A DNA stretch of 64,000 nucleotides from a virus, in IMG/VR virus record IMGVR_UViG_3300031954_000001, positions 44,795 through 108,794 of that record; one strand, given 5' to 3'. The position numbers and the translations under genes were made by a program. The notes beneath the pieces are model-generated. The model was not told where the DNA came from and searched no databases. It saw only the letters and a list, made by a program, of their open reading frames with translations. Below, piece by piece: positions 1 to 9,629 of this stretch; position 1 is the first letter of the stretch; each line of letters opens with the position of its first letter.

Positions 1-1261
1 CGGTGTCCGGGTCGATTTCCTCGGTGACCGTGACGTCGGCCGCGCTGGACGCGAGCTGGGACAGCCGGGTGAGTTGCGCAAGCGTGGACATGACCGGGAG
101 CTCGCCGCCGTCCGGGAGCTCGGCGAGCATTTCCCGTTCCATGCCGTCGTACGCGCGCCGCCACTCATCCGGCATCTCCGGGCGGCGCACCGAGTAGATC
201 TTCGGCGGCAGCTGATCCAGCACGTCGGCCTTGGCCCGGCGCAGGATCTGGCCGTCCAGGCAGGCGAAGAACTCGGCCTCCATCTCCGGGCGCAGGCCCA
301 GGATGACGTCCTCGCCCTGGCCGGACGGATCTTTCCGGATAGCGATGTAACGACCTTTGGCCCGGTCCCAAGACGGCCAGCTCGCGTGGTCCAGGCAGGC
401 CAGCGCCGGGTAGACGTTCTTCATGGAGTGCGTGACCAGGGTGCCGGACGCGGCGATGAAGGCATCCGCATGGCGCGCGATCCGCTGCACCGCCTGGGAC
501 TGCTGTGACCGGTCATTGCCGCACATGTGTGCCTCGTCAGCGATCACGGTGGTCGGCTTCAGCCCCGGCAGCAGGTCGCGGGCGTCCTTCGCGTCTCGTC
601 TTGCGGTCGCGTAGGTAGTGATCAGGATCCAGTTCCGGTCCCGCCAGCCCCTGACGCGGGCGCGGCTGGCGCCCTGGTGCATGACCGGTTCCGGCCAGCG
701 GGGCATCCACTCGCGGATATGGCTATCCCAGACATCACCGACATCCCAGCCTGGGACCACGATGATCATGGGGAAGATCTCGTGCCCGGCCTGGCGCCGG
801 GCTTCCAGGCCCAGCAGCGAGATGACCGTTTTACCGGTCCCTACTTCGTGCAGCAGCAGCACCTTGCCGGCCGCGGCCAGCGCGGCGGCGTCTTGCGCCT
901 GGAAGTCGTACGGCTTGAGCCAGGGCGGGCAGACGTCGGGGGGCAGCGGCGGCGGCGGCGTCATCCGGCGGATCGCCTCGGCCATGATCCACTCAGCCAG
1001 CTTCGGCTGCGGATTCCACGTCGCGCGTGACCCGTTGCCGCTGAACATGCGGCCGATCTGCGTGACGGTAGCCCAGGTGGCCGGGACGAGCAGCACGTCC
1101 ATGTTCCGGCTGCCGTCGTCGTTGCGGGGGTGCTCGCCGAGCGCAGTCAGGTACTGCAGCCGGGTTGCGGCCAGCTTCAGGCCGAAGTCGTCAGCCGCCG
1201 CTGCGACCAGGGCGATCTGATCTCCGGCTACGTTAAGTTCGCCAAAAAGTGCTGCGGTCAT
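1..1261 (-). CDS. SNF2/SF2-family helicase (runs off the window edge)
   Basis: Not in the ORF track. Hand translation from the ATG at 1261 (ATGA overlap with the upstream ORF) gives PYDFQ, Walker A EVGTGKT, motif Ia IIVVP, ITTYAT, Walker B VIADEAH, motif III ASGT and ILRRAKADVLDQLPPK. Confidence 0.9.
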   Translation of the reverse strand, partial: MTAALFGELNVAGDQIALVAAAADDFGLKLAATRLQYLTALGEHPRNDDGSRNMDVLLVPATWATVTQIGRMFSGNGSRATWNPQPKLAEWIMAEAIRRMTPPPPLPPDVCPPWLKPYDFQAQDAAALAAAGKVLLLHEVGTGKTVISLLGLEARRQAGHEIFPMIIVVPGWDVGDVWDSHIREWMPRWPEPVMHQGASRARVRGWRDRNWILITTYATARRDAKDARDLLPGLKPTTVIADEAHMCGNDRSQQSQAVQRIARHADAFIAASGTLVTHSMKNVYPALACLDHASWPSWDRAKGRYIAIRKDPSGQGEDVILGLRPEMEAEFFACLDGQILRRAKADVLDQLPPKIYSVRRPEMPDEWRRAYDGMEREMLAELPDGGELPVMSTLAQLTRLSQLASSAADVTVTEEIDPDT

Positions 1262-1488
1262 CTTGTTCCCGCGTCCCCGGGCAGCCCGCACATGGGCACA
1301 AGCATCAGCTCCGGAAGCGGGATGCCGATGGTCTCGTCCAGGACGCAACAGCACTCCGGGCAGCGGCAGTGGGCCTGCCACGAGTGGCCGCCCTCGGCGC
1401 TGGAGCGGATCCCGCAGTGATGACCACGCTCGCCGTGGCTGGCCACGGCAGCGCACTCGGCGGGGAGGCCGGTGGTGACGTCGCTCAT
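1258..1488 (-). CDS. small Cys/His-rich hypothetical protein
   Basis: 76 aa ORF with a GGAGGG RBS; its stop overlaps the helicase ATG. Confidence 0.6.
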   Translation of the reverse strand: MSDVTTGLPAECAAVASHGERGHHCGIRSSAEGGHSWQAHCRCPECCCVLDETIGIPLPELMLVPMCGLPGDAGTR

Positions 1489-1517
1489 GAAGCCCTCCGG
1501 GCAGTGGAGGGGCCGCA

Positions 1518-1551
1518 GCCGGGCCGCTCGCGCGAGCGCGGGCGGCCCGGC
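1518..1551. terminator. GC-rich intergenic hairpin
   Basis: GCCGGGCCGCTCGCG...CGCGGGCGGCCCGGC inverted repeat downstream of the 1568-2761 gene. Confidence 0.5.
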
Positions 1552-1567
1552 CGGACCGTTCGGGTGG

Positions 1568-2761
1568 TTACTGCGTGATCGTGCCGTCAGGCAGCACGAT
1601 GCGGCCGTCGCCCAGGGCGATGGGCTGGCCGCTGACCTTCGCCAGGTTGGCCGCGCCGGCTTCGTCCATGCCCTGCGGAGCGGCGAGCGCCTGGACCGGG
1701 GCGGGCTGCACCGGGGCGGGCTGGGCGTACTGTGCCATGACGGGCTGCACCGGGGCGGGCTGCGCGTACTGCTGCGCCGGCTGGGCGTACTGCTGCTGGT
1801 CGGCTGGCTGGACGGCCGGCTGGCCGGGAGCGACCGCGCCGTAGACGGGCTGCGGCGGCGGGGCCGGGGCCTGGTACGCGGCGGGCTGGACCGGGGCAGG
1901 CTGAGCGTACTGCTGCGCCGGCTGGCCGGGCAGCTGCTGCGTGGCCGGCTGCGCGTACTGCGTGACCGGTGCCTGCTGCGGGAGCTGGGTGACCGTGGCC
2001 ATGGCGGGCTGCGGGGCCGCAGCGGGGACGGCCTGCTGGGTGACGGGGACCTGGCCGTTCTGGCCGGGGCGCCGGTAGACGACCGAGTGCACGCACTGGT
2101 CGTTCAGCCCGGGCACCGGCCGCCGACTCTCGAACCGGATGGTGACCTGGGCGCCGCCCTCGGGGATGCGGGCCTGCTGCAGCGGCTGACCCGGCGCGCT
2201 GATGGTGGTGAGCGGCACGCCGGCCATTTCCATCGCCCGGTTCAGCTCGTCCCGGTCCGCGCCCATGACGTGCCAGACTGCCATGCCGTCGCCGAACTCC
2301 AGGCTCTGCTGGACCGCGAGCGGCAGGATCATCTTCATCATCGGCGTGTGGCCGTCGCCGAAGAACTTCGGCTGCTTGGTCCGCATGTCCGTCTGCTGTT
2401 CCAGGTCGTTGGACGTGATCGTCCACCGGATCGTGCCGGTGAGCGCCTGACCGGGCGGCTTGGGCATCTGGTAGGTGCCGTGCAGGAAGGTGTTGATCGA
2501 CTTGCCCTTGCCGCCGCCGGGCTGGCTGTAGTAGCCGCCGAGGGTGCCGGTTACCCGCTGCACCGGCTGCTGGGCCTGCTGCGGGTAGCCGCCCTGCGGC
2601 TGCTGCGGGTACGGCTGCTGCGGGTAGCCCTGGCCGGGCTGCTGCGGGTACGGCTGGGCGGGCTGCGGCTGGGCGGGCTGCTGCGGGTACGGCTGCTGCG
2701 GGTACGGCTGCTGCGGGTACGGCTGCTGCTGGTCGGGGTACGGCTGGTTCGGGTAGCCCAT
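1568..2761 (-). CDS. putative single-stranded DNA-binding protein with Pro/Gln-rich disordered termini
   Basis: GAAAGGA RBS. The central globular region ([28 protein letters not shown]) resembles actinophage SSB-like proteins, and the gene sits between an exonuclease and a helicase. Confidence 0.55.
   Translation of the reverse strand: MGYPNQPYPDQQQPYPQQPYPQQPYPQQPAQPQPAQPYPQQPGQGYPQQPYPQQPQGGYPQQAQQPVQRVTGTLGGYYSQPGGGKGKSINTFLHGTYQMPKPPGQALTGTIRWTITSNDLEQQTDMRTKQPKFFGDGHTPMMKMILPLAVQQSLEFGDGMAVWHVMGADRDELNRAMEMAGVPLTTISAPGQPLQQARIPEGGAQVTIRFESRRPVPGLNDQCVHSVVYRRPGQNGQVPVTQQAVPAAAPQPAMATVTQLPQQAPVTQYAQPATQQLPGQPAQQYAQPAPVQPAAYQAPAPPPQPVYGAVAPGQPAVQPADQQQYAQPAQQYAQPAPVQPVMAQYAQPAPVQPAPVQALAAPQGMDEAGAANLAKVSGQPIALGDGRIVLPDGTITQ
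2570..2750. repeat. 15-nt coding tandem repeats (PYPQQ units)
   Basis: Repeated CTGCTGCGGGTACGG units. Confidence 0.85.
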
Positions 2762-2901
2762 GACGGGTCCTTTCGGTGGTCGCAGCGGCTGCGGTGTGCA
2801 GGCTGGCAGGGTGTTCCGGTGGCGTTTCCGTTACCGTGGTGAGAATACTGTATCGCATACCGCGTCGGGTGCGCGAGATACCGGGTAAGCCAGATATTCA
2901 G

Positions 2902-3750
2902 TTATGCGGCCGGCGGGTACGGGACACCCGCAGGCCAGTCAGCGGGGGCGCTGTGCCCCGGGCAGCCGTGCTCGTGGTCGCCGTCCCTGGCCGCCTCGGC
3001 TCTGAAATAGCCGCAAAAGTAACACTCGTCGCCCCCGGGTGTGCGGGGCACCATGCCGATGGTCATCGTCCGGTTGAGGATCTGCTGGGCGACCCAGCGG
3101 CGGGCCTCGGTCTGCTGCAGGATCTCGATGACCTTCGCGTCGTCTTCCGGGGTAATCCAGTGATCCCACAGGTACATCTCGGACAGCCGCGAGGCGGTCC
3201 GCGGCATCGACGCCAGCGCCACCCGCTCCACCTCGAACCCGGCGTTGCGCCAGCCCCAGGCGTACAGCAGGAGCTGGATCACGTAGCGCTGCGGCGGGCC
3301 TTCCGGGCGGCGCGTCTTGGCCTGGCTCGTCGGTCCCTGCAGCTTCCAGTCCACGACGGTTTTCTCGGCCACGTCATACACGTCCGAGGTGCCCGGGTAA
3401 TCCGGGTGCGGGCTGACCCGCTTCTCAGTCAGCCACCGCAGCTCCCCGTTCAGCGCGTTCTCGTTCTCGAAAAACTGGGCGAGGATCGCGTGCACCCCGG
3501 TCCCGACCACCGAGGCCCACGGGTCGGCGGTGTGGTTGGTGACCGGCTCCTCGATCAGCTTGGACACCACCTGCCTATCGCACACCGCGCCCAGCTCGGA
3601 CGGCCCGAGCCGGCGCTGCACGGTGCGCGGCATCCGGTGCGCTTGCCGGACGATCACCTCGCGCAGGTCCATGGCGTAGCGGGCGCCCCAGTCGGTGGCC
3701 GCTCCGGGCGGCGTCGGGCTGCGGCCGAAGTAGTCCGTCATCTGCGTCAT
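2902..3750 (-). CDS. Cas4-like / RecB-family PD-(D/E)xK exonuclease
   Basis: Motifs GPSELGAVCDR, GTGVHA, GTSD..D, VVDWK and QLLLY, plus C-terminal CYFC...C (Fe-S-type Cys pattern). Confidence 0.85.
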   Translation of the reverse strand: MTQMTDYFGRSPTPPGAATDWGARYAMDLREVIVRQAHRMPRTVQRRLGPSELGAVCDRQVVSKLIEEPVTNHTADPWASVVGTGVHAILAQFFENENALNGELRWLTEKRVSPHPDYPGTSDVYDVAEKTVVDWKLQGPTSQAKTRRPEGPPQRYVIQLLLYAWGWRNAGFEVERVALASMPRTASRLSEMYLWDHWITPEDDAKVIEILQQTEARRWVAQQILNRTMTIGMVPRTPGGDECYFCGYFRAEAARDGDHEHGCPGHSAPADWPAGVPYPPAA

Positions 3751-3762
3751 GAGCCCACCTTG

Positions 3763-3984
3763 TCACCCGGTACTGTCATTCCGGTGCCGGGCGCGCCGGC
3801 GGATCCCGGTGAGGGCCAGCGCGCGCTCGTACGCTCGCCTGCTCATGTGCCGGGCCGGGTTCGGGTGATCCTTCGGCCGCCAGCACACCGGGAACGGGTC
3901 CAGCTCGGCCGGGTCCAGCGCGTCGCGCGGCCGGGCCAGCTCGTAGTACTCCACGGGCTCCAGGCAGCGAGGCGTGCTGATCAT
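3763..3984 (-). CDS. hypothetical protein
   Basis: ATG at 3984 overlaps the upstream stop (ATGA). Confidence 0.55.
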   Translation of the reverse strand: MISTPRCLEPVEYYELARPRDALDPAELDPFPVCWRPKDHPNPARHMSRRAYERALALTGIRRRARHRNDSTG

Positions 3985-4403
3985 CGTGGCGGTCCCAGCA
4001 CCCAGCCGCCCTTTGCGTCGCGGTAGGACTCGTAGACGCCCGGGTGGTCGGCGTCGAACCGGTCCCGGTTGAACCGGCGCTCGATCTTCCAGTCCAGGTT
4101 CCACGGCGGCCGGGCCGACGTGCCGGCGAACCGGATGTGCGCGGGGATCGTGCCGCCGTTGATCGCGGTGGCGGCGGCGACGCCCTGCGCCTTGATGTCG
4201 GCGATCAGCTGATCGCGTGCCTTCTCGGCGTCGGTGACGGCGGCCTTGGCCAGCTCCAGCTCGTCCAGCATCCGCGCGAGCTCGGTGCCCGGCTGCGGGT
4301 TCAGCGTGACCGGCGGCGGGGCCGGCGGGCGGGCGTAGGTGGTGGCGGCCTGCGGCTGCGCAGGGTCGTACGGCAGCGCAGGACTGTATTGCGGGACTCC
4401 CAT
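3981..4403 (-). CDS. hypothetical phage protein (coiled coil; C-terminal RRFNRDRFDADHPGVYESY)
   Basis: Purine-rich RBS, GC3-biased codons and coupling to the next gene. Confidence 0.75.
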   Translation of the reverse strand: MGVPQYSPALPYDPAQPQAATTYARPPAPPPVTLNPQPGTELARMLDELELAKAAVTDAEKARDQLIADIKAQGVAAATAINGGTIPAHIRFAGTSARPPWNLDWKIERRFNRDRFDADHPGVYESYRDAKGGWVLGPPR

Positions 4404-4544
4404 CACGGCTCTCCCTGGTCTCCTGATCGTCTTCGTCCGTCTACCGTACCTCCGCCCGCTGACATTTTCACGGGCTCCGGCGTGTCCGGGCATATGCTCG
4501 CCTCAGAGCACGCGCACGATCAGGAGAGCGACGAGGAGACCGGC

Positions 4545-5099
4545 ATGGCCGTGGTCAGGATCGAGGACGAGCACGCGGTTTACGAGTTCGAGGGCGAGGT
4601 GATCGCGGGCGGCCCGGACAGCCCGGTGAGCACCGCCCTGGACGCCCGGCAGCGGCACCGGGCACGGTGGATGGAAGCCGTCCTCTATATCAAGCCGGAC
4701 AAGATGTACGTGCTGTGGGAAGCGAACTACAGCCTCGTCTGGCATCAGATCGACGGCGGCGGCCACGTCCGCAAACCGCAGGAGGTGCCGTGGAGCCAGC
4801 TGGACCGCAACGCCGTCTACTGCGGCGCGCTGCCAGCCCGGGAAGGCCGCGAATCCTGCCCGCCGGGTCCGCGCCGCGGCCCGAAGGGCATCGGCCGGAT
4901 CGTGCTGGCCGAGCTGCCCCAGCACCGGGTGTCCTCCTACCCGGACCACCACGCGGTGATCCGGCGGATGACCCTGGCCCAGCGCGGTGACGGGTCCATG
5001 TCCGCCGCGCTGAGCGAGCCGATGAGCGAGCTGCTGCGCCAGGCCCGGCTGAACGACCCGGCGTTCCGCGGCGGCGCCAAGCCGGTGGTGCGTATGTAG
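4545..5099 (+). CDS. hypothetical protein
   Basis: GAGGAG RBS before the ATG at 4545; coding-like codon bias. Confidence 0.75.
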   Translation: MAVVRIEDEHAVYEFEGEVIAGGPDSPVSTALDARQRHRARWMEAVLYIKPDKMYVLWEANYSLVWHQIDGGGHVRKPQEVPWSQLDRNAVYCGALPAREGRESCPPGPRRGPKGIGRIVLAELPQHRVSSYPDHHAVIRRMTLAQRGDGSMSAALSEPMSELLRQARLNDPAFRGGAKPVVRM

Positions 5100-5197
5100 A
5101 TGCCCGCGAGGGTGACGAGGAGTTGCACGACAACAGAAGACAGGACATGATCAGCCTGTACGCACACAGGGGAATTAACAGAGCATCAGACTTGTCA

Positions 5198-5205
5198 TGT
5201 ATACT
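5198..5205 (+). promoter_or_regulatory. putative sigA -10 element (TATACT)
   Basis: Lies in an AT-richer intergenic stretch upstream of 5246. Confidence 0.45.
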
Positions 5206-5245
5206 GAGTGCAGACCCCTAGAGCTAGGAAGGGGAGGTCGATCAC

Positions 5246-6415
5246 ATGGCGCAGAAGAAATACGCCAGGGTGGTCAAGGCAGCAACTGCCGAGACCGCCA
5301 GCAAGTTCAGGCTAGCCGAGGCGCTGGCCCTGGACATCCCGCCGCGCAACCCCGGGCCGTCAGGCGACGAGGAGCCGGTGGACGTTTACCTGAACCAGGC
5401 CCGCGAGGCCATCGTCGCCGCCGGCGGCGAGGAGCGGACCATCGAGACCCTGAAGCGCTACCGGTGCACGGCGCTGTGGGTCAGCGGCGGAGTCCGTGTG
5501 GAAACCCACACCAACTTCGCCTGGGTGGCCGGGGCATCGTTCAGTTCCCACGACGAGGCGAGGGCGAACGGCCTGACCCTGGAGAAGTTCACCGCGCTGG
5601 ATGACAAGCGCGTGGACGCCGTCCGGGCTGCCGCCGGGAACCAGCCGAAGTCCGGTTCGGTGTCCCGCATCGCCGGGTGGACCGGCACCCAGCGGGTAGA
5701 CATCGCCCGCGAGCTGCTAGCCGACCCGGATGTCACGACGGCGCTTGCCCTGGACGGGCTGGAGACCCCGGAGCTGTACTGCAAGTCCTGCCGCACGGTC
5801 CGGCCGGTTCGCCCGGGTGGCGAGGACTGGGAGTGCATGGTCTGCGGCAGCGGGCTCGTCCCGCTGGAGTCCGAGTCGATCCCGTCCTCCGTGCGGCACG
5901 CGCTCGGCATCCCGGTTAGCGAGGGACCGCTCGCCCCGCCCGTCTTCCCGGCCGGCCTGACCGAGGAGGACGCCCGCGAGGCGGTGGAGAAGATGTCTGC
6001 CGAGGACCGGGCGCTGCTCGCCAGGCAGGCACTCGCCGACGAGGGCGCGGCCGAGCTGGCCATGGCCGACCCGGACACCCGCGAGGACACGCTCCGCGCA
6101 GCCATGCGGGTGTCGGAGCAGGCTAACGCCGGGCGTACCCGGCCGCAGCCGTCCGGCCCGACTCCCGCCGAGCGCTCCGAGGACGAGCACTGGGCGTCCC
6201 TGGGCAACTGGCAGCAGGTCAGCGACGCTCTCAAGGCCGAGGCTGTGCACCTGCAGTCCTCCGAGCTGCTGGCCGCGGACAACGGGCAGTTCCGCAACGT
6301 CATCCTCGGGTACATCGCCCGGACTCGTTCCCAGCTGGACCTGATCGAGTCGATCACCTCCGGCGGCGGCGTGTCCGACGAAGCCCTGGCGAAGCTGCTG
6401 GAGGGCGACGAGTGA
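5246..6415 (+). CDS. hypothetical protein with internal zinc ribbon
   Basis: GGGGAGG RBS; CKSC-x13-CMVC. Confidence 0.8.
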   Translation: MAQKKYARVVKAATAETASKFRLAEALALDIPPRNPGPSGDEEPVDVYLNQAREAIVAAGGEERTIETLKRYRCTALWVSGGVRVETHTNFAWVAGASFSSHDEARANGLTLEKFTALDDKRVDAVRAAAGNQPKSGSVSRIAGWTGTQRVDIARELLADPDVTTALALDGLETPELYCKSCRTVRPVRPGGEDWECMVCGSGLVPLESESIPSSVRHALGIPVSEGPLAPPVFPAGLTEEDAREAVEKMSAEDRALLARQALADEGAAELAMADPDTREDTLRAAMRVSEQANAGRTRPQPSGPTPAERSEDEHWASLGNWQQVSDALKAEAVHLQSSELLAADNGQFRNVILGYIARTRSQLDLIESITSGGGVSDEALAKLLEGDE

Positions 6416-6879
6416 GCAAGGTAGACGACAGGGCGCAGGTGATCCTGGACTACCTGAGCACGCACCTCGGGCAGCGGGTCACCCGCCCGCAGCTGCTGGC
6501 CGCCACCGGGCTGTCGAACAGCGCCGGGACCGACGCCGCCATCCGGCGCGCCCGGGACATGGCGTCCGCGCAGGGCCTGCATTTCCCGCCCGCCATCCGG
6601 CGCAGGGGCGATCTGATGCCGCTGTACCTGGTCACCGACCAGGCTGCCGACGCGATCCTGCCCACGCGCAGGATGCACGCCATCGCCAACGGCGTGCGGC
6701 GGCGGGAGGAGGTCGGGCTGGACTTCATGGCTGCTCATGCGGACCAGCTCGATGACACCGCCCGCGGTCAGCTGGAGATGCTGGCGCAGGCCCGGACGGC
6801 CCGTGCCGCCGTGCAGGTGCTGGAGGACATGGCGATGACCCGCCTGGCCGCCACGGTGAACGGTCAGCCGGCGGCCTGA
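6412..6879 (+). CDS. putative winged-HTH DNA-binding protein
   Basis: GTGA overlap; ILDYL..HLGQRVTRPQLLAATGLS is wHTH-like. Confidence 0.55.
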   Translation: MSKVDDRAQVILDYLSTHLGQRVTRPQLLAATGLSNSAGTDAAIRRARDMASAQGLHFPPAIRRRGDLMPLYLVTDQAADAILPTRRMHAIANGVRRREEVGLDFMAAHADQLDDTARGQLEMLAQARTARAAVQVLEDMAMTRLAATVNGQPAA

Positions 6880-6881
6880 TC

Positions 6882-6897
6882 CTCCCATCAGTGGGAA
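6882..6897. promoter_or_regulatory. palindromic motif CTCCCA-N4-TGGGAR, copy 1
   Basis: CTCCCATCAGTGGGAA, intergenic; recurs at 13753, 43732 and 45447. Confidence 0.6.
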
Positions 6898-6901
6898 CAA
6901 C

Positions 6902-6939
6902 CCCTGCCGGGCACCGGGCCAACTCGGTGCCCGGCAGGG
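6902..6939. terminator. long GC hairpin
   Basis: CCCTGCCGGGCACCG...CGGTGCCCGGCAGGG. Confidence 0.55.
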
Positions 6940-6980
6940 TGACCATAGAACAAGGCCGCGAACACGATCAGGAGATCGAG

Positions 6981-7619
6981 ATGGCGAAACCTGCCGCGAC
7001 GGCGCAACTGGTGACCGAGGTTACTGAGTACGTGCCCGCCCCCGGCCCGCAAGACGACTACGAGGAGTACCGCCGGGACCTGCTGCGTGCCCGGCTGATC
7101 GCGGTCGGCGAACCGCTGTTCGAGAGCCCGGGCTTCGGGCCGGACGGCGTCAAGCTGCCCGAGCGCGACATCCTGTCCGATCTCGCGTATGAGATCGAGT
7201 GGTACCTGCGCAGCCTGTCCATCCCCCAGCTGGTCTGCCTGACTTACGGGCACCGCTGGCCGGAACTGATCCCGGTCCCGGGCATGAAGCTGCCGCGCGG
7301 CTTCCGGGCCGTCCGCGACCCGCAGGTGAGGACCGTGTTCCTGGTCACCGAAGACTGCACCCGCAAGATCGTCATCGGGAAGGGCGAGCGCAGGCGGGCC
7401 GACGCCCAGTACTGCGGCACCACGCGCAGCAGCCGGACGCTGCCTGGCCAGATCTCCGGATTGTTCGACCGCGCCCACATGCGGCAGTACACCTACGACA
7501 AGGACGCCTGGGCCAAGCGCCCGCCGGCGTCCCGGCTGACCAGGATCGACTTCCTGGACGAGATCTACCGCCGGATGGGCCGCGACCTGTTCCCCGCCGA
7601 GATGGAGGAGGGCCAGTGA
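6981..7619 (+). CDS. hypothetical protein
   Basis: AGGAG RBS before the ATG at 6981. Confidence 0.75.
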   Translation: MAKPAATAQLVTEVTEYVPAPGPQDDYEEYRRDLLRARLIAVGEPLFESPGFGPDGVKLPERDILSDLAYEIEWYLRSLSIPQLVCLTYGHRWPELIPVPGMKLPRGFRAVRDPQVRTVFLVTEDCTRKIVIGKGERRRADAQYCGTTRSSRTLPGQISGLFDRAHMRQYTYDKDAWAKRPPASRLTRIDFLDEIYRRMGRDLFPAEMEEGQ

Positions 7620-7822
7620 ACGCGAACGTGAGCCTGGCTGACGGCGGCACTTTCCTGGTCGACAGGATCACCGACGCCGCGGTCGTGCTGGTCTTCGGCA
7701 CCAAGGTCGTCATCGTGCGGGAGAACGGCGCCGTGCTGGAAGTCCCCCGGCACCCGGTGACCGCCGCCCAGAGTGACCGCGACCACCTCGCCGCCCGGGT
7801 CACCGCGGAGGGCAAGTCATGA
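7616..7822 (+). CDS. hypothetical protein
   Basis: GTGA overlap and GGAGGAGG RBS. Confidence 0.65.
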   Translation: MNANVSLADGGTFLVDRITDAAVVLVFGTKVVIVRENGAVLEVPRHPVTAAQSDRDHLAARVTAEGKS

Positions 7823-8046
7823 GCGCCCGCGTCCTGAAACTGTTCCGCGACGTGCCCGGCCCGGATGAGCTGACCGCCAAGCGCGGCATCGTCGCCGAGG
7901 CGGTCGTGTTCAGCGACGGCAAGGCCGTACTGCACTGGCTGACCGGGATCGACGTCACCGAGACCTACCCGTCCGAAGACGACATGCGCCTGGTCCGCGA
8001 GCGCAGCGGCCGGTCCCGCTTTATCGAGGCAGGCGGGTCAGCGTGA
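7819..8046 (+). CDS. hypothetical phage protein (GIVAEAVVFSDGKAVLHWL motif)
   Basis: Coupled start; motif typical of small actinophage proteins. Confidence 0.7.
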   Translation: MSARVLKLFRDVPGPDELTAKRGIVAEAVVFSDGKAVLHWLTGIDVTETYPSEDDMRLVRERSGRSRFIEAGGSA

Positions 8047-8462
8047 GCGGCGGGAAACTGGGCGAGCTGCAGACCCGTGCCGCCCGGCTGGTCGCCGCTC
8101 CCGGCATCGACCGGGGAACGCTGGCCGTCAAGATCCGCGAGCTGATCACCGCCGCGCACGAGCTCGGCCGCGAAGAACGCGAGCGCGAGCTGGCCGTCAT
8201 GAGCAGTGACAAGCGGGCCGGGGTCCTCAGCAGGACCCGGCACCCGTCCGCGCTGGCGCTGTCCGACGACGACTCCGAGCCCGAGGCGGATGCCGCGGAG
8301 CAGCGGGCGCAGTTCACAGGCGGCCCGGACATCGGCCCGGAAGTCCTGGCCGACTACCTGAGCGGGCGGGCGTCACAGCCGGGCTGGCCGGTGGAGACCG
8401 GCGAGCCGTTCCGCGGTGCCGCCGAGCGCGAGTGGGACGACTCAAGAGGCGGCGAGCCGTGA
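8043..8462 (+). CDS. hypothetical protein
   Basis: Coupled GTGA start. Confidence 0.65.
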   Translation: MSGGKLGELQTRAARLVAAPGIDRGTLAVKIRELITAAHELGREERERELAVMSSDKRAGVLSRTRHPSALALSDDDSEPEADAAEQRAQFTGGPDIGPEVLADYLSGRASQPGWPVETGEPFRGAAEREWDDSRGGEP

Positions 8463-8776
8463 GCGGCCCGGGCAACGGCGGCGCAGGGCGCACCGTGCAC
8501 TGCCGGCACTGCCTCGGCACCGCGCCGCGCCCGGACACGAGTATCCCGGTCGGCTGGCTGGCGCTGACCGTGTCCGTTCCGCCGGAGTACTGCGCGGACG
8601 GCAGCGGCCGGACGCACATCTGGCTGGGCTTGTTCTGCTGCGCCGCCTGCCTGGTCGCGCACGGCCCGGAGATCGAGCGGCAGCAGGACCTGGCCCGCCA
8701 GGCGTACCAGGCCGTGGTACCGGACCCGCCGGTTATCAGCAGTCAGACGAGGATAGGAAGGCCGGTGCCGCGATGA
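8459..8776 (+). CDS. Cys-rich (zinc-binding) hypothetical protein
   Basis: CRHC ... FCCAAC; coupled start. Confidence 0.65.
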   Translation: MSGPGNGGAGRTVHCRHCLGTAPRPDTSIPVGWLALTVSVPPEYCADGSGRTHIWLGLFCCAACLVAHGPEIERQQDLARQAYQAVVPDPPVISSQTRIGRPVPR

Positions 8777-9027
8777 GGTTCTGGCGCGAGAACAAGACCG
8801 ACCAGGAGTTCGACTGGCCGGTGGACGCCGTCGCTGACGCGTTCATGGTCCATTACTGGCGGGAGAGGCTGCAGTACGCGCCGTTCCCGCTGGAGCGGAT
8901 GCTGCGCAGCTGGCTGACCGCCGCTGACGGCTTCAACAGCGTCTGGGAGGCCGAGACCGGTCCGGACAGTTTCGAGGAGCTGTTCGACCAGGTGCGGGAG
9001 CGCACCAGGACCGAGGCGCCGGCATGA
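8773..9027 (+). CDS. hypothetical protein
   Basis: ATGA overlap. Confidence 0.65.
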   Translation: MRFWRENKTDQEFDWPVDAVADAFMVHYWRERLQYAPFPLERMLRSWLTAADGFNSVWEAETGPDSFEELFDQVRERTRTEAPA

Positions 9028-9629
9028 CCACCCGGATGCAGTTCGTCGTCACCGACGACCTGGACGAGTTCGAGAAGCGCGAGTTCAACGACACCGGCCC
9101 GGACGGCGTCAAGGACATCGTCTCCCTCAACGGCGTGGCCGTGGAGCTGGACCTGACCGCTGCGCATTCCGCTGAGCTGCACGCGCTGCTGAAGCGGTAC
9201 CTGGAGGCCGGGCACCGGCCCGGTGAGGAGCCGCAGCCGCCGGTCCCGCGTATCCCGGACAAGCGGCCCGGCCAGGGCGTCCGCCGTGAGATTCCCGGGA
9301 CGCGTGACTTCTACCGGGAACTTCGCGAGTGGGCTACCGCGAACGACCTGGAGGTCCCGACCGCCGGCCGCGAAGACAGCAAGAGAAACTACGTGTACGA
9401 CAAGCTGCTCCCGTCGTACATCGCGTACCTGCAGGAGCAGGCGCGCAGCGGGAAGGACGGCGGGGTGGCCGTGGCCAGGCTCGCAATGGCTGCACTGCTG
9501 CGCCTGCCTGGAACAGAAGGGGGGCAGCCGGCTGTTAACTTAGCTAACGATTTCGGTATCATGCGAGCAGGACGCGGTATACCGATACACAGACAACGGA
9601 GATACCATGACGACCATGACGAAGGATAG
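9024..9629 (+). CDS. lsr2: Lsr2-like nucleoid-associated protein
   Basis: N-terminal VVTDDLD...LNGVAVELDLT..H.AEL...LKRYLEAG (dimerisation domain) and C-terminal LREWATANDLEVPTAGR (DNA-binding domain). Confidence 0.8.
   Translation: MTTRMQFVVTDDLDEFEKREFNDTGPDGVKDIVSLNGVAVELDLTAAHSAELHALLKRYLEAGHRPGEEPQPPVPRIPDKRPGQGVRREIPGTRDFYRELREWATANDLEVPTAGREDSKRNYVYDKLLPSYIAYLQEQARSGKDGGVAVARLAMAALLRLPGTEGGQPAVNLANDFGIMRAGRGIPIHRQRRYHDDHDEG

Noticed and set aside
2902-3750. CRISPR-Cas system suggested by the Cas4-like gene
   Set aside because: No repeat-spacer array or other cas genes are present, and solo Cas4-like exonucleases are common in phage replication modules.
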